64,000 bases of DNA from Candidatus Latescibacterota bacterium (GTDB lineage: Bacteria > Latescibacterota > UBA2968 > GCA-2709665). Of this stretch, positions 39,491 to 50,082 are shown piece after piece; position 1 is the first letter of the stretch; every line of letters starts with the position of its first letter. Where the stretch lies: assembly GCA_963662665.2 (NCBI GenBank), contig CAXXJS010000036.1:1-64000 (forward strand). The letters run 5' to 3'. A program made the position numbers and the translations under genes. The notes under the pieces are model-generated. The model did no database searches. It was not told the origin of the DNA and saw only the letters and a program-made list of their open reading frames with translations.

Positions 39491-40333
39491 TCAGGAAATC
39501 GTGCTACCGCTGGTTGAATCCGCGACGGCCGATTCAGCCATGGATTTCAGGGTTCTGAGGTTGCGTTCTGCGGTTGACAAGGCATCTTCCATTGGAGGCG
39601 TCTCAAATACAAGCGGCCCACTGTAACCGACTTCGGCCAGCGCTTTCAGACAGCCTTCGAGGTCAATATCGCCCTCGCCCACGTAACAGGGCGTCCGGTC
39701 CTTTCGCGGGTCCTTAATGTGCACCTGGACAATCCGGTCTCCCAGACAATGGATATCGGACACCGAGTTGCTGCCGAGCATCTGTGCGTTGCCAACGTCG
39801 AAATAGGCCCCTACGTACGCATTGTCCACCGCGTCAATCAGTTCCATCATTTGTTCGCCGGTAACCACGTGGCTGCGCCCCACGTTCTCCAGGCCGATGT
39901 GGATGCCCATGGCGGCCGCGTGCGAAGCCACGGCGCGAGTTTCGTAGGCCCAGCGGCGGGCGGCTTCGTCGGGCGGCAACGACAGTGGATTGGTGACCGG
40001 AACGAGTATGGTCTTGACGTCCAGGACCTTACAGGCGTGAATGGCCTGGAAGACGATCTGTTTGGCCATAAAGCGGTTCGCCACGTCCGGGTCGGCAAAG
40101 GTATACTGCCAGAACGTGTGCAGGCAAACGGAGAGGATGGGAACGCCCGCCGATTCAGCGCGCTGCCCCAGGGCTTCGATGCCCTCCTCGTTCCAGAGGT
40201 CGGACGCCCGATAGGTGTTCCCTCGGATGCCCAGTTCAACGCCATCGTAACCGAGCGCCTTCGCTTTTGGAAAAACATCCACCCAGTCTGACTGCAGTAC
40301 GTCTTCCAGAGTACCGAATTTGAACCGGCTCAT
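39491..40333 (-). CDS. sugar phosphate isomerase/epimerase (L-ribulose-5-P 3-epimerase-like)
   Basis: GLENV, YFDVGN, VHIKD, VFE. Confidence 0.85.
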   Translation of the reverse strand: MSRFKFGTLEDVLQSDWVDVFPKAKALGYDGVELGIRGNTYRASDLWNEEGIEALGQRAESAGVPILSVCLHTFWQYTFADPDVANRFMAKQIVFQAIHACKVLDVKTILVPVTNPLSLPPDEAARRWAYETRAVASHAAAMGIHIGLENVGRSHVVTGEQMMELIDAVDNAYVGAYFDVGNAQMLGSNSVSDIHCLGDRIVQVHIKDPRKDRTPCYVGEGDIDLEGCLKALAEVGYSGPLVFETPPMEDALSTAERNLRTLKSMAESAVADSTSGSTIS

Positions 40334-40685
40334 TGCTTCCTTCCAGATTTCGGTCTTGCGTCATTCGACGTGAAGGCGGGGCCGTGTCGCGCGCGGACCT
40401 GTAATTCCCCGGATCTTTTTTCGTGGCGGACGGAACGGTCCTGGGACCGGCCTTGACCGTGTCACGCCGCTGTGTTCCGATAAAGTACAAAAGGTCCGGA
40501 GTCCTGTCAACAGGATCGTGAATTCACGTGAGCTCCATATTCCGAGGGTCAATACGCGCCCCCGCTGTTCCATGCCGGCGGTGAGGCCGGCTGCCCCGAA
40601 CGCAGAACACGGATTTCCGGACGCGCCGGATCGAACCGGGGCGCCGCCGTGTCTATATAACGACGTCCGGTTTGCGCCATTCGGT

Positions 40686-40714
40686 TTGACATCCGGATGG
40701 GGGCGCGGTATTAT
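40686..40714 (+). promoter_or_regulatory. sigma-70 promoter
   Basis: TTGACA-17 bp-TATTAT. Confidence 0.7.
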
Positions 40715-40740
40715 AGGTCGATTTCAAAGGAGACGCGACG

Positions 40741-41526
40741 ATGAAGACGGCGCTGTGTACAATTGCCTTCAAGGACAGGGCGTTTGAGGAAGTCCTGGAT
40801 CTGGCGGTTCGGGCCGGTTTCGACGGCGTCGAGCCGTGGGGAAAGCCTGATCATATTCCCGCGGCCTATGACGCAGAGTTCAACCGGCGAATGGCCGGAG
40901 CGATCCTGGAGCGTGGGCTGGTGGTATCGCAGTATGGATCGTACGTCAACCCTGTTTCGGACGGTTTCGAGCATGAGGCGTCCGAAGGCCTGGACATCGC
41001 GTCGGACCTTGGCGCGGATAAGATCAGGGTATGGGCCGGATCCTGCGGTTCGGCCGAGGCGACCGGCGAGGAGTGGCAGGCCGCGATCTCGGGATTTCGT
41101 TGGCTTGCAGACCGGGCCGGCGACGCAGGCGTGAGCCTGGTTCTGGAGATGCATGCTGGATATCTTTCCGACACGGCGTGGGGTAGCCTGCGCCTCGTGG
41201 AGGGCGTGGATCGTCCCAATTTTTCGCTTAATTTCCAACCGATGTATACGGATAACGCGGACCGGGTGATGGCCGTGACACGGCAGGTGGCGCCTCGTGT
41301 CGCGACCGTACACGCACAGAACTATACCTCCCCGGGTCAAAACGCGCGCAGCCTGATATCGGAGGGCTACGTGGACTACCGTGCGGTCGTCCTGGATCTC
41401 GTGTCGGCGGGTTTCGACGGATTCCTCGAGGTCGAATTTGTCAGGGAGGACGACCCCGAGGCCGCGCTGATGGCGGATTCCGCGTACTTGCGCGGGTTGT
41501 GTGAGGGAGAACGGGTTAACCGGTAA
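40741..41526 (+). CDS. sugar phosphate isomerase/epimerase
   Basis: GFDGVE.W, IRVWAG, LEMH, HAQN, LEVEF. Confidence 0.85.
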   Translation: MKTALCTIAFKDRAFEEVLDLAVRAGFDGVEPWGKPDHIPAAYDAEFNRRMAGAILERGLVVSQYGSYVNPVSDGFEHEASEGLDIASDLGADKIRVWAGSCGSAEATGEEWQAAISGFRWLADRAGDAGVSLVLEMHAGYLSDTAWGSLRLVEGVDRPNFSLNFQPMYTDNADRVMAVTRQVAPRVATVHAQNYTSPGQNARSLISEGYVDYRAVVLDLVSAGFDGFLEVEFVREDDPEAALMADSAYLRGLCEGERVNR

Positions 41527-41549
41527 ATGATGACACAGGAGGTCGGGCG

Positions 41550-42329
41550 ATGGAATTTCTGCTGGGGTGTCTTGTGTTTGTCGCGGTCCTGATGACGGTG
41601 GATTCGGCACATGCCGAAGGTTGTCCGAGCTATACGATCTATCGCGCCGGAACCCCGATAGTGGTCGACGGACGGCTGGACGAACCGGCGTGGGTGGCCG
41701 CGCCCGACGTGGGTGCGTTCGTCTTCCCGTGGTACCGCGACGGCAAACAGGAGCAGACGGTGGCCAAGATGCTCTGGGACGATACCCATCTGTACGTGTC
41801 GTATATCTGTGAAGACGCCCACATCTGGGCCGATCACACCGAGCGCAACAGCGAAGTCTACGATGACGACTGTGTGGAAGTGTTCGCCGCGCCGAATCCG
41901 GACCTGCCGCACGTTTATTTCAATATCGAGATGAACGTACTGAGCATTTATCTGGAACGGTTCAATCCGAAGGGGGCTGGTGTGGTCGTGGACACGGGGT
42001 GGCGGGCGAGAGGTCTTCAGGTTTCAACGTTTGTCGCGGGTACATTGAACGACGACGAGGATACCGATTCATACTGGGTCCTCGAGGCCGCCGTGCCATT
42101 CGAGAATTTTTCCGGCGTTGCGAAAAATACCCCACCCGCGCCGGGTGACGTCTGGAACCTGAATCTGAACCGGCTGGGCGGAAAAACCAACGCGCAATTC
42201 AGCCAGTGGTCCGCCAGCCGTACGCCGGAGCCGCAGTTTCATGCGCCTGATGATTTCGGGCGGGTTACTTTTTCAGACGTGGCGAGTCCATTCTGGAAAC
42301 GAAAGCGGTTGGTTGGTGACGTCGGGTGA
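41550..42329 (+). CDS. secreted CBM9-like protein
   Basis: Signal peptide, VDGRLDEPAW, LWDD.HLY, DCVEVF, W..EAAVP. Confidence 0.8.
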   Translation: MEFLLGCLVFVAVLMTVDSAHAEGCPSYTIYRAGTPIVVDGRLDEPAWVAAPDVGAFVFPWYRDGKQEQTVAKMLWDDTHLYVSYICEDAHIWADHTERNSEVYDDDCVEVFAAPNPDLPHVYFNIEMNVLSIYLERFNPKGAGVVVDTGWRARGLQVSTFVAGTLNDDEDTDSYWVLEAAVPFENFSGVAKNTPPAPGDVWNLNLNRLGGKTNAQFSQWSASRTPEPQFHAPDDFGRVTFSDVASPFWKRKRLVGDVG

Positions 42330-42368
42330 CCGGCGAGACAGCCGACGCCGCCGGGAAAGGGGCTCGGG

Positions 42369-43121
42369 ATGTTCACAACGCGTGCGATCGTTCTGGCCTG
42401 GCTCGTTTTGGGGGGCGCAGGCGGCGGATTTGCGGAAGAGATCCGGGACATTCAGGTACTCGTGGATCGAATGGACCGGTTGTACCGCAGCGAAACCAGT
42501 TTCGCCGAATTGGAAATGGAAATTCAGACACCCCACTGGCGACGGACGCTCCGAATGAAGATGTGGACTGAGGGGATGCGCAAGACCTTTGTCACGATAT
42601 TGGCGCCGAAGAAAGAAGCGGGAACCGCGACATTGCGCGTGGGCACGGAAATGTGGAACTATTTTCCCAGAATCAATAAAGTCATTAAGGTTCCGCCATC
42701 GATGATGATGGGATCCTGGATGGGCTCGGATTTTACCAATGACGACCTGGTGAAGGAGAGTTCGCTGGCGGTGGACTACCGGCCCGCCTTCGGGACGCCC
42801 GGGAACGACGCCGTGTACGAAATCGTGCTGACTCCCAGAGATGAGACACCCACGGTATGGGGCAGGATCGTACTCACGGTACGAAAGTCCGATCTGATAC
42901 CGCTGTCGTACGTGTATTTCGACGAGCGCGGTAATCCGATGCGGGAAATGACGTTTACAGATCCCACGGACTTCGGAGGACGAACCTTGCCTGCGGTGCT
43001 GGAAATGAAGCCATTGAAGAAAGAGGGGCACCGAACGGTTATAAGATATCTGGATGCGCGGTTCGATCAGCCACTGGCAAAGGGCACGTTTACCCATCGG
43101 AATCTGCGGCGCCGCAGATGA
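42369..43121 (+). CDS. outer-membrane lipoprotein-sorting (LolA-like) protein
   Basis: MWNYFP, MMGSWMGSDFTNDDL. Confidence 0.85.
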   Translation: MFTTRAIVLAWLVLGGAGGGFAEEIRDIQVLVDRMDRLYRSETSFAELEMEIQTPHWRRTLRMKMWTEGMRKTFVTILAPKKEAGTATLRVGTEMWNYFPRINKVIKVPPSMMMGSWMGSDFTNDDLVKESSLAVDYRPAFGTPGNDAVYEIVLTPRDETPTVWGRIVLTVRKSDLIPLSYVYFDERGNPMREMTFTDPTDFGGRTLPAVLEMKPLKKEGHRTVIRYLDARFDQPLAKGTFTHRNLRRRR

Positions 43122-43130
43122 ACGGGCTGT

Positions 43131-43327
43131 TAACCTTGATTCATAATTCTTCGGGGAAGTGAAACCGAATTTATGCAAGTAGATAAAGGCGATTAGACTT
43201 CGGATTACCAGGATACACCAGGTCACTGGACGTGAACTGAAAAAAAGTCCTTTTGGACGACCTTTTCGGCCCATTTCGGAAGGTTTAATCGCGGCGCAGA
43301 GTTGCTGGTTTTGTCGAATTGAGGTTA
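43131..43327. mobile_element. MITE-like element, copy 1 (193 bp plus TA duplication)
   Basis: TA-ACCTTGATTC ... GAATTGAGGT-TA terminal inverted repeats. Non-coding. Colinear with 58338-58524. Confidence 0.75.
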
Positions 43328-43440
43328 AACCTTGATTCGTGATTCTCCGGAGACGTTAAATTAAATATACCCGGGTGGAGAAAGCCGATTTGAGGTTGGA
43401 TTACCAGGATACTTCAGGTCTTTGGACGTGAACGGAAAAA
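43328..43440. mobile_element. MITE-like element, copy 2 (diverged, 3'-truncated, tandem)
   Basis: AACCTTGATTC...GGATTACCAGGATAC..CAGGTC..TGGACGTGAAC, homologous to copy 1. Confidence 0.7.
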
Positions 43441-44661
43441 ATGTCCATGGTGCTCAAAATCGCGTTTCGGAATCTCTTTCGCCAGCGGCGGCGGTCGGTA
43501 TTGACCCTGGCGGCGATGGCGGGGGGTTTTGCGCTGTGCTCGCTGTCCATCGGGATTTCGGACGGCACCTACCTGGGGCTGATCGAGGCGTTCACCAGAG
43601 ACCGGACAGGCCACGTTCAGATTCATGGGGAAGGCTATCTCGACAGACCCACGCTTTACAATACCATTGACGATCCGGACCGGGTGGGGGCGACCGTCGA
43701 GTCGTTGGACGTTGTCGAGGCATGGACGCCCAGGGTGTATTCTCCCGTTCTGGCCGCGGCGGGAAACAAGACCTCGGGCGCGCGGATTGTGGGCGTGTTG
43801 CCCGGCCGTGAGGCACGGACAACCCGTCTCAGATTGAAAGTGCGCGAAGGCCGGTTTCTGACCGACCGTTCCGGGCCGGAGTTGATGCTGGGCCATGGAC
43901 TGGCACAGTCGTTAGATGCAAACACTGGCGATGAGGTGATATTGATCGGGCAGGCAGCGGACGGATCCATCGCCAACGACGTCTACCGCGTTGTGGGTAT
44001 CGTGGGCGACGCCAGGGATCCGTACCAGCGCGTGGCCTGTTACATGCACCTCGAAGAGGCGCAGCATTTCCTCGAACTGGGTCGTCGCGTTCACGAAGTG
44101 GCGGCCGTGCTTACGGACCCTTCGGTGTCGGTGCGTACCGCCAGTCAGCTGGAGGGCCTCCTGACCGGCGGCTCGTTCGAGGTCTCGCCGTGGCAGGTGG
44201 TAGAAAGCGCGTTTTACCGGGCGATGCAGGCCGACCTCCAGGGGATGTGGATCTCGCTGGGTATCATCAACCTGATCGTGGCCATCGGCGTGCTGAATAC
44301 CGTACTGATGGCCATAATGGAGCGCACACGTGAATTTGGCGTGCTGCGGGCTTTGGGTACGCGGCCGGCAACCGTGTTTCTCCTGATCCTGGGCGAGACC
44401 GCCTGTCTGTCGGTTTTCGGCGCGCTGATCGGCGGGGTTCTGGGCACGATCTGCAACGCGACCCTGGCGAAACACGGCATCGCCTACCCGACGCCGGTGG
44501 AATACGGCGGCTATGTTTTCGATCGGCTGATCAGTATGGTTTCGTTTCGGTCGGTCTGGATACCGGCGGTGCTGACCTTCGGTACCGCCGTTCTCGTGAG
44601 CCTGATCCCGGCGACGCGCGCGGCCAGAATCGCGCCTGCACGGGCGATGCGGACGCATTGA
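43441..44661 (+). CDS. ABC transporter permease (LolC/E-FtsX family)
   Basis: AFRNLFR..RRS, NTVLMAIMERTREFGVLRALG. Confidence 0.92.
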   Translation: MSMVLKIAFRNLFRQRRRSVLTLAAMAGGFALCSLSIGISDGTYLGLIEAFTRDRTGHVQIHGEGYLDRPTLYNTIDDPDRVGATVESLDVVEAWTPRVYSPVLAAAGNKTSGARIVGVLPGREARTTRLRLKVREGRFLTDRSGPELMLGHGLAQSLDANTGDEVILIGQAADGSIANDVYRVVGIVGDARDPYQRVACYMHLEEAQHFLELGRRVHEVAAVLTDPSVSVRTASQLEGLLTGGSFEVSPWQVVESAFYRAMQADLQGMWISLGIINLIVAIGVLNTVLMAIMERTREFGVLRALGTRPATVFLLILGETACLSVFGALIGGVLGTICNATLAKHGIAYPTPVEYGGYVFDRLISMVSFRSVWIPAVLTFGTAVLVSLIPATRAARIAPARAMRTH

Positions 44662-44749
44662 GGATGGACTGTGCGAGTCGGGACCGGAGAATCCCCGTCG
44701 CGTCGGGATGGGCGCGTGCAGTCCGAGCTGTTCGTCGAAAGAACAAATC

Positions 44750-45976
44750 ATGTTGTTTTTAATAAAAATAGCGTGGATGAATACCTTTAGAAACGCACGA
44801 CGAACGCTGCTGGCCGGGCTCGCGATCGGAATCGGGTTGGCGGCGTTGATCTTTACCGACGGTCTGATGATCGGGATGTCCGACTCCATTGTCCGGATTG
44901 CGACGGATACGTTCATGGGGCACGGCCAGGTACACGCGGAGGGTTTCAGGAGTACCCGTGACGTGGCGCGGGTCGTGAGGGAACTGCCCGGCGTGCTGGA
45001 GCGCCTGACGACCGAGCCGGAAGTGGAACACATTTCACTGCGCGTGCAGACGCCCGGAATGCTGGCCTCGCCGGCCACTTCCGGCATCGTGCTGCTTTAC
45101 GGGGTCGACCCTGACCTGGAAAGGGTGTTCTCACGGGTCGGCGAGGCCATCGTGGAAGGGTCGTTCCTCGAGCGGAACGACCGGCGAAAGATCCTGCTGG
45201 GTTCGAAACTGGCGGAATCGCTGGAGGTTGGTCTGGGCGACCGGGTGGTGGTGACGGCGGCAGAGGCGGAATCCGGCGAATTGGCCCAGGATATGTTCAG
45301 GGTGGGGGGGATATTCCACTTTAATGTCCGTGAACTGGATGGCGGGGTAGGTTTCGCGCATATCGAGACCGTGCAACGTCTGCTCGGACTTCCAGGTGAG
45401 GTGCACGAGATTGCCTTGCATTTCAAGGGGTTTTCGGGAAACGAAGCAACGGACGCCGGATTCTGGTCCCGATATTCGCGGAGCGGAAACGAAGCCCGAA
45501 GCTGGCGGGAGCTGATGCCCCAGCTCAGCGCGGTTCTGGATATGTCCGGATTCTCATCGTTGATTGTAGGCGTCATCCTGTTTGCGGTGGTGTCATTGGG
45601 CATTGTAAACACCCTGTTCATGTCGCTCCACGAACGGATGTTCGAGTACGGGGTGCTCCGGGCCGTTGGCACGCGTCCGGGGCGTATGGCGATGATGATT
45701 CTGTTCGAGGCGGGCGCACTCTCGTTGTTCAGCATCCTGATCGGATGCTGTATCGGATTCGCCGTGACGCTCCTGTATTCCATTCGGGGGATCGATTACG
45801 CGGGCATTGAGTTTGCGGGCGTGACCCTGAGGGAGATGATTTATCCGGTCCTTCGGTTGGAGCAGTTCGTCGTGTTTCCGATGTGTGTGTTTCTTTTCAC
45901 CTTGATCGCCGGAATCTATCCTGCCGTCTACGCCGCCCGGCTGAAACCCGCGCAGGCGATGAAGACGTACGAATGA
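44750..45976 (+). CDS. ABC transporter permease (LolC/E-FtsX family)
   Basis: NTLFMSLHERMFEYGVLRAVG. Confidence 0.92.
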   Translation: MLFLIKIAWMNTFRNARRTLLAGLAIGIGLAALIFTDGLMIGMSDSIVRIATDTFMGHGQVHAEGFRSTRDVARVVRELPGVLERLTTEPEVEHISLRVQTPGMLASPATSGIVLLYGVDPDLERVFSRVGEAIVEGSFLERNDRRKILLGSKLAESLEVGLGDRVVVTAAEAESGELAQDMFRVGGIFHFNVRELDGGVGFAHIETVQRLLGLPGEVHEIALHFKGFSGNEATDAGFWSRYSRSGNEARSWRELMPQLSAVLDMSGFSSLIVGVILFAVVSLGIVNTLFMSLHERMFEYGVLRAVGTRPGRMAMMILFEAGALSLFSILIGCCIGFAVTLLYSIRGIDYAGIEFAGVTLREMIYPVLRLEQFVVFPMCVFLFTLIAGIYPAVYAARLKPAQAMKTYE

Positions 45977-46004
45977 ATGCGAACCGGTGGAATGGGAGTG
46001 TTGC

Positions 46005-46709
46005 GTGACCGGCGATGCCGTGTTGATTGAAGCGGAAGGCGTGAGCAAGGTCTACCGCGTCGGGGAGATAAGCGTATCGGCGTTGAAGTCCGTGGACCTC
46101 AAAGTTGCACGAGGTGAGTTCACCGCGGTCGCGGGACCGTCGGGATCCGGGAAGTCCACGTTACTGAATATCCTGAGTGGACTGGATACACCCACCGCTG
46201 GTCGGGTGAGCCTTGCGGGTACGCCAATCAGCGAGATGAGTGGACGCGCACTTTCCGATTTTCGCCGCGACCATATCGGGTTTATTTTCCAGGCATTCAA
46301 TTTGATCCCGGTGCTCACGGTGCTGGAGAACATCGAATACATACTGCTGCTGCAGGGCGTGTCGCGCCGCGCCCGCCGGGAACGCGTGCGGGAGATGCTG
46401 TCTACTGTTGGACTGGAGGGGATGGAGGACCGGCGACCTCCCCAGCTCTCGGGCGGGCAGCAGCAACGCGTGGCGGTAGCCCGGGCGATGGTCTCGCGGC
46501 CGGACCTGATTCTTGCGGACGAGCCCACGGCCAATCTGGATTCGGCCAGCGGCGGCGCGCTGCTGGATCTGATGAGGGAATTGAACGAGCGCCGTCGGAT
46601 GACCTTCCTGTTTTCATCGCACGATCGAATGATCATGGATCGGGCGAAACGGCTGGTGGTGCTGAAGGATGGAAGCCTTGTACAGGATGTCACCCGGAGC
46701 GGGTCTTAG
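46005..46709 (+). CDS. ABC transporter ATP-binding protein (LolD-like)
   Basis: [28 protein letters not shown]. Start approximate. Confidence 0.95.
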   Translation: MTGDAVLIEAEGVSKVYRVGEISVSALKSVDLKVARGEFTAVAGPSGSGKSTLLNILSGLDTPTAGRVSLAGTPISEMSGRALSDFRRDHIGFIFQAFNLIPVLTVLENIEYILLLQGVSRRARRERVREMLSTVGLEGMEDRRPPQLSGGQQQRVAVARAMVSRPDLILADEPTANLDSASGGALLDLMRELNERRRMTFLFSSHDRMIMDRAKRLVVLKDGSLVQDVTRSGS

Positions 46710-47949
46710 AAGGTTTTGCCCGCCTGCGCATGGGTTGTTCCTGTGTTGTCTGGTTCTTTTGGCTCTTATCCCGACGACGGGGTTGACGCACGAAGGGCGA
46801 ATCAGGCTGAGTGGATACGCGAAGTCCTTTGCAATGTTACAACAGAGGGTGTCCGTCCCTGAAATCCGGAAACCGGAATCCCGCAGGATATGGTTGAACC
46901 GGGTTCGCCTGAAGTTGATCTGGCGTCCAGCCAGGGAGGTGTCGGGCGAGTTCGCGTACGAACTGTCTGCAAGAGTCACCGGTGCGCCTTCCTCGGCAAC
47001 GCCGTGGTTGCCGTCGCCCGCGCTGTTCGATTACCGGGTGAGAGATTTCGAATCCAGACTGTATCCCCGCATTGACGTCAGGGGCCGCGGTTTTACAATG
47101 ACCCAGAATCTGGACCGGGCCGTGGTGACGGTCTCGCTGCCGCGCGCGGATGTCTACGTTGGCCGGCAGGTCGTCGCTTTCGGTTCGGCGCGAGCGGTGA
47201 ATCCGACCGACGTCGTCGCCCCCTATTCTCCGGAAGTGCTGGACAAGGAAGAACGCTTGGGGGTGGATTCAATCCGGTTGCGGGTGCCGGTTGGAACAAT
47301 GGGGGAGCTGGACGCAGGGTTTGTTCCCGGTCGGGATTTTTCGACGGAAAGCGGCGCCGCCTTTGTTCGCGGCCGCTTTGTTTCGCACGGCGCCGACGTA
47401 TATGTGACGGCGATGGGTTTCCGGGATCATCTGCTCGTGGGCCTGGACGCGGCCAGATCGCTGGGAGACGCCGGGGCCTGGGTGGAGGCGGTGTGGATCC
47501 GAAGACCCGACGGCCGGTCGTTTCCACGGATCTCGACAGGTCTCGATCATCGATTCTCGAACGGCGTCTACGGAACCCTGGAGTATCACCTGAACGGCGC
47601 CGGAGCTTCACGCACACGCGACTATCACACGCTACTTGAGGACCAGACCTATCTGGCGGGGGGCGTGTTCCTGCTGGGGAGGCACTACGTTGCGCCAGGT
47701 CTGGCGTGGCAACTTACACCGCTATGGTCGGTTCGTCTGTCCGTTCTGTGCAATCTGACGGACCGGTCAGCATTTCTGTCGCCCGCGTTCGAGTACGGAA
47801 TCTCTCAGAATGGGTCCATCTCCGGCGGCGTGCTCTTCGGGCTTGGCAGGGGCTCCGGCGAGTCTTCATCCCGGGTTTCGATTGATGTGCCTTCGGAGTT
47901 CGGACCGTTTCCGGCGCTGGGTTTCGCATCTTTGAGTTATTATTTCTGA
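46669..47949 (+). CDS. putative outer-membrane beta-barrel protein
   Basis: GRQ...FG....NPTD motif, C-terminal LSYYF. Start uncertain. Confidence 0.7.
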   Translation: MEALYRMSPGAGLRRFCPPAHGLFLCCLVLLALIPTTGLTHEGRIRLSGYAKSFAMLQQRVSVPEIRKPESRRIWLNRVRLKLIWRPAREVSGEFAYELSARVTGAPSSATPWLPSPALFDYRVRDFESRLYPRIDVRGRGFTMTQNLDRAVVTVSLPRADVYVGRQVVAFGSARAVNPTDVVAPYSPEVLDKEERLGVDSIRLRVPVGTMGELDAGFVPGRDFSTESGAAFVRGRFVSHGADVYVTAMGFRDHLLVGLDAARSLGDAGAWVEAVWIRRPDGRSFPRISTGLDHRFSNGVYGTLEYHLNGAGASRTRDYHTLLEDQTYLAGGVFLLGRHYVAPGLAWQLTPLWSVRLSVLCNLTDRSAFLSPAFEYGISQNGSISGGVLFGLGRGSGESSSRVSIDVPSEFGPFPALGFASLSYYF

Positions 47950-48046
47950 CGGACGCATGCCGTCGACCGTGCCGCAAACTGCCGGTTTGCGGTACCGGGT
48001 CGGGCGCCCGTAGCGGACACGCGTCAAGGTTTGAGGAGGGTTCTTC

Positions 48047-49090
48047 ATGACTGACCGGAACAACGCCGCACGGCTGCATCGAGACGCCCTGGTGATCGAT
48101 TCGCACAACGATGCGATTGTCAACCACATTCGCCGGGGGAATCTGGGGTTTTCCGGGAGTCCACCGCCTGACGGAGACCGCCGGTCCGCCAGTGTGGCCG
48201 GATTACGAGGGCGTCTGGACCGGCCGGCCCTTGAATCCCCGGTACAGATCGATTTTCCAAAAATGCGAACAGGAGGGCTGGACGCCGCTTTCTTCGCCGT
48301 CGACGTCACGCTTGCCGTGAAGAACCATCTGACCTATGCGCTTGATGCAATCGGATTTTTCGACTCGGAACTTGAAATGCACGGCGATGACGTGGTCCTG
48401 GCGAAATCCGCCGGCGACATTATGCGTGCAAAGCAGGACGGCAAACTGGCGGTCGTGCTGGCGATCGAAAACAGCGACGGGGTGGAGGGCAGCGTGAACG
48501 TGCTTCGCATGCTGCACAGGGTGGGCGTGCGTTCGATCGGATTGACGCACGACGTCAGCAGCCTTGCCGCGGATGGAAATGCCGAAGCCCGCAGCCGGGG
48601 TGGGCTCACGCGTTTCGGCGTGCGGCTTGTGGAAACAATGAACGACCTGGGAATGCTGGTGGACGTTTCTCACATCAGCGAAGCAGGATTCTGGGATGTG
48701 ATGGAAGTATCGCAAAGACCGGTGATCGCTTCCCACAGCAATTGCAAGTCGGTGTGCGACCATTCAAGGAATCTGAGCAACGAACAGATCAGGGCATTGG
48801 CGAAGAATGGCGGGTCGATGGGCATCACGTTTGTGCCTCGTTTTGTCGATAAGTCAGCGCCCTCATTCAACCGCCTCCTCGATCACGTCGACCACGCGGT
48901 GCAACTGGTCGGCGCGGATCACGTGGGCATCGGATCGGACTTCGACGGCGGGGGTACGCTGTTGGACGACGCAACCTCGTTTCCGCGGATTTCCGAGGGT
49001 TTGCTCGCGAGGGGTCACCCGGAGGGCGATGTCCTCAAGATTCTCGGCGGGAACCACCTCAGAGTTTTTTCGGAAGCGACCGGAAACTGA
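48047..49090 (+). CDS. membrane dipeptidase (peptidase M19)
   Basis: DSHND, DVSH, ASHSN, GIGSDFDG. Confidence 0.92.
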   Translation: MTDRNNAARLHRDALVIDSHNDAIVNHIRRGNLGFSGSPPPDGDRRSASVAGLRGRLDRPALESPVQIDFPKMRTGGLDAAFFAVDVTLAVKNHLTYALDAIGFFDSELEMHGDDVVLAKSAGDIMRAKQDGKLAVVLAIENSDGVEGSVNVLRMLHRVGVRSIGLTHDVSSLAADGNAEARSRGGLTRFGVRLVETMNDLGMLVDVSHISEAGFWDVMEVSQRPVIASHSNCKSVCDHSRNLSNEQIRALAKNGGSMGITFVPRFVDKSAPSFNRLLDHVDHAVQLVGADHVGIGSDFDGGGTLLDDATSFPRISEGLLARGHPEGDVLKILGGNHLRVFSEATGN

Positions 49091-49175
49091 ACCAATCCCT
49101 GAGTCGCCATTGGCCTGATCGCGCGGGTCTCCCGGGCGGCAGCGAGTCACGCCTGGCGGGTTCGGCGGGTTCCCG

Positions 49176-50045
49176 CTATCCGATGGACGGGACCTCGATT
49201 TTCGTTTTCCGGCTGATGGAATTTTCCAGCGCTTCCAGTACGGCAACCGGCATGAGCATCGACTCGCGCGTTTCATCGGTGTTGCCGGTCTTGAACATGT
49301 CGCAAAAGGCCCTGGCGCCGCCCAGATACGGATTCTCGTCGTACCCGATGGTGCGATCCACGCGTCCTTTCTCGCAGATGACGGAGACGTGGAAGGCGCT
49401 GTGCCCTTCGGTGAAAAGATTGAGCGTGGATATGGCGCCGCTCGACGAATAGAGGGTGCCGGTATGGTTGTTCCCGCCCAGGTTGACCTGCGCGTGGGTA
49501 ACGTCGCTGTCGAGCAGTCGCACGGCCATGTCCACCTGATGGATGCCGTAGAAGAAAACGCCGCCCCACTCGGATTCGATGTCGCAGGGCCCGGTAGTGA
49601 CCACGGAGGCGACCCGGCCCAATCCTGCGATGTCTTCCTTAAGCTGGCGGAAGGACTCCTGCCGGGGTAACACCGAAAAGGAGCAGACGGGGACCCCGAG
49701 TTCCGACGCGCGATCCAGGAAGCGTCTTCCCTCCTCAACCCGATAACAGAACGGCTTGTCCACGAATACCGGGATTCCGGCTTCGATCAGCGGCCATACC
49801 GCGGGCAGGTGATATTTCGCGTCGCGATGGTCCACGCACGCGGCGTCGACCTGACCGATCATGCCTTCGGGGGTCTCGACGATATTCGGAATCTGTCCCC
49901 GGTCCTGGGCGTCTTTGGCGTACCGGGCGGCTTCGCCCCACACGTGGGTGACGCGGCAGCCCGGTACTTTTTTGTCGATGTTCAGCGTCTTCGAAATGGC
50001 GACAGTATGGCTGTTCTCCGCGCCGACAATTCCAATGTTGATCAT
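49176..50045 (-). CDS. Gfo/Idh/MocA oxidoreductase
   Basis: IGIVG, VFVDKP, YGIH. Confidence 0.85.
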   Translation of the reverse strand: MINIGIVGAENSHTVAISKTLNIDKKVPGCRVTHVWGEAARYAKDAQDRGQIPNIVETPEGMIGQVDAACVDHRDAKYHLPAVWPLIEAGIPVFVDKPFCYRVEEGRRFLDRASELGVPVCSFSVLPRQESFRQLKEDIAGLGRVASVVTTGPCDIESEWGGVFFYGIHQVDMAVRLLDSDVTHAQVNLGGNNHTGTLYSSSGAISTLNLFTEGHSAFHVSVICEKGRVDRTIGYDENPYLGGARAFCDMFKTGNTDETRESMLMPVAVLEALENSISRKTKIEVPSIG

Positions 50046-50082
50046 TTCGTCCCTCCTTGGTTGGGTTCAGGCCTGCGGTCAC

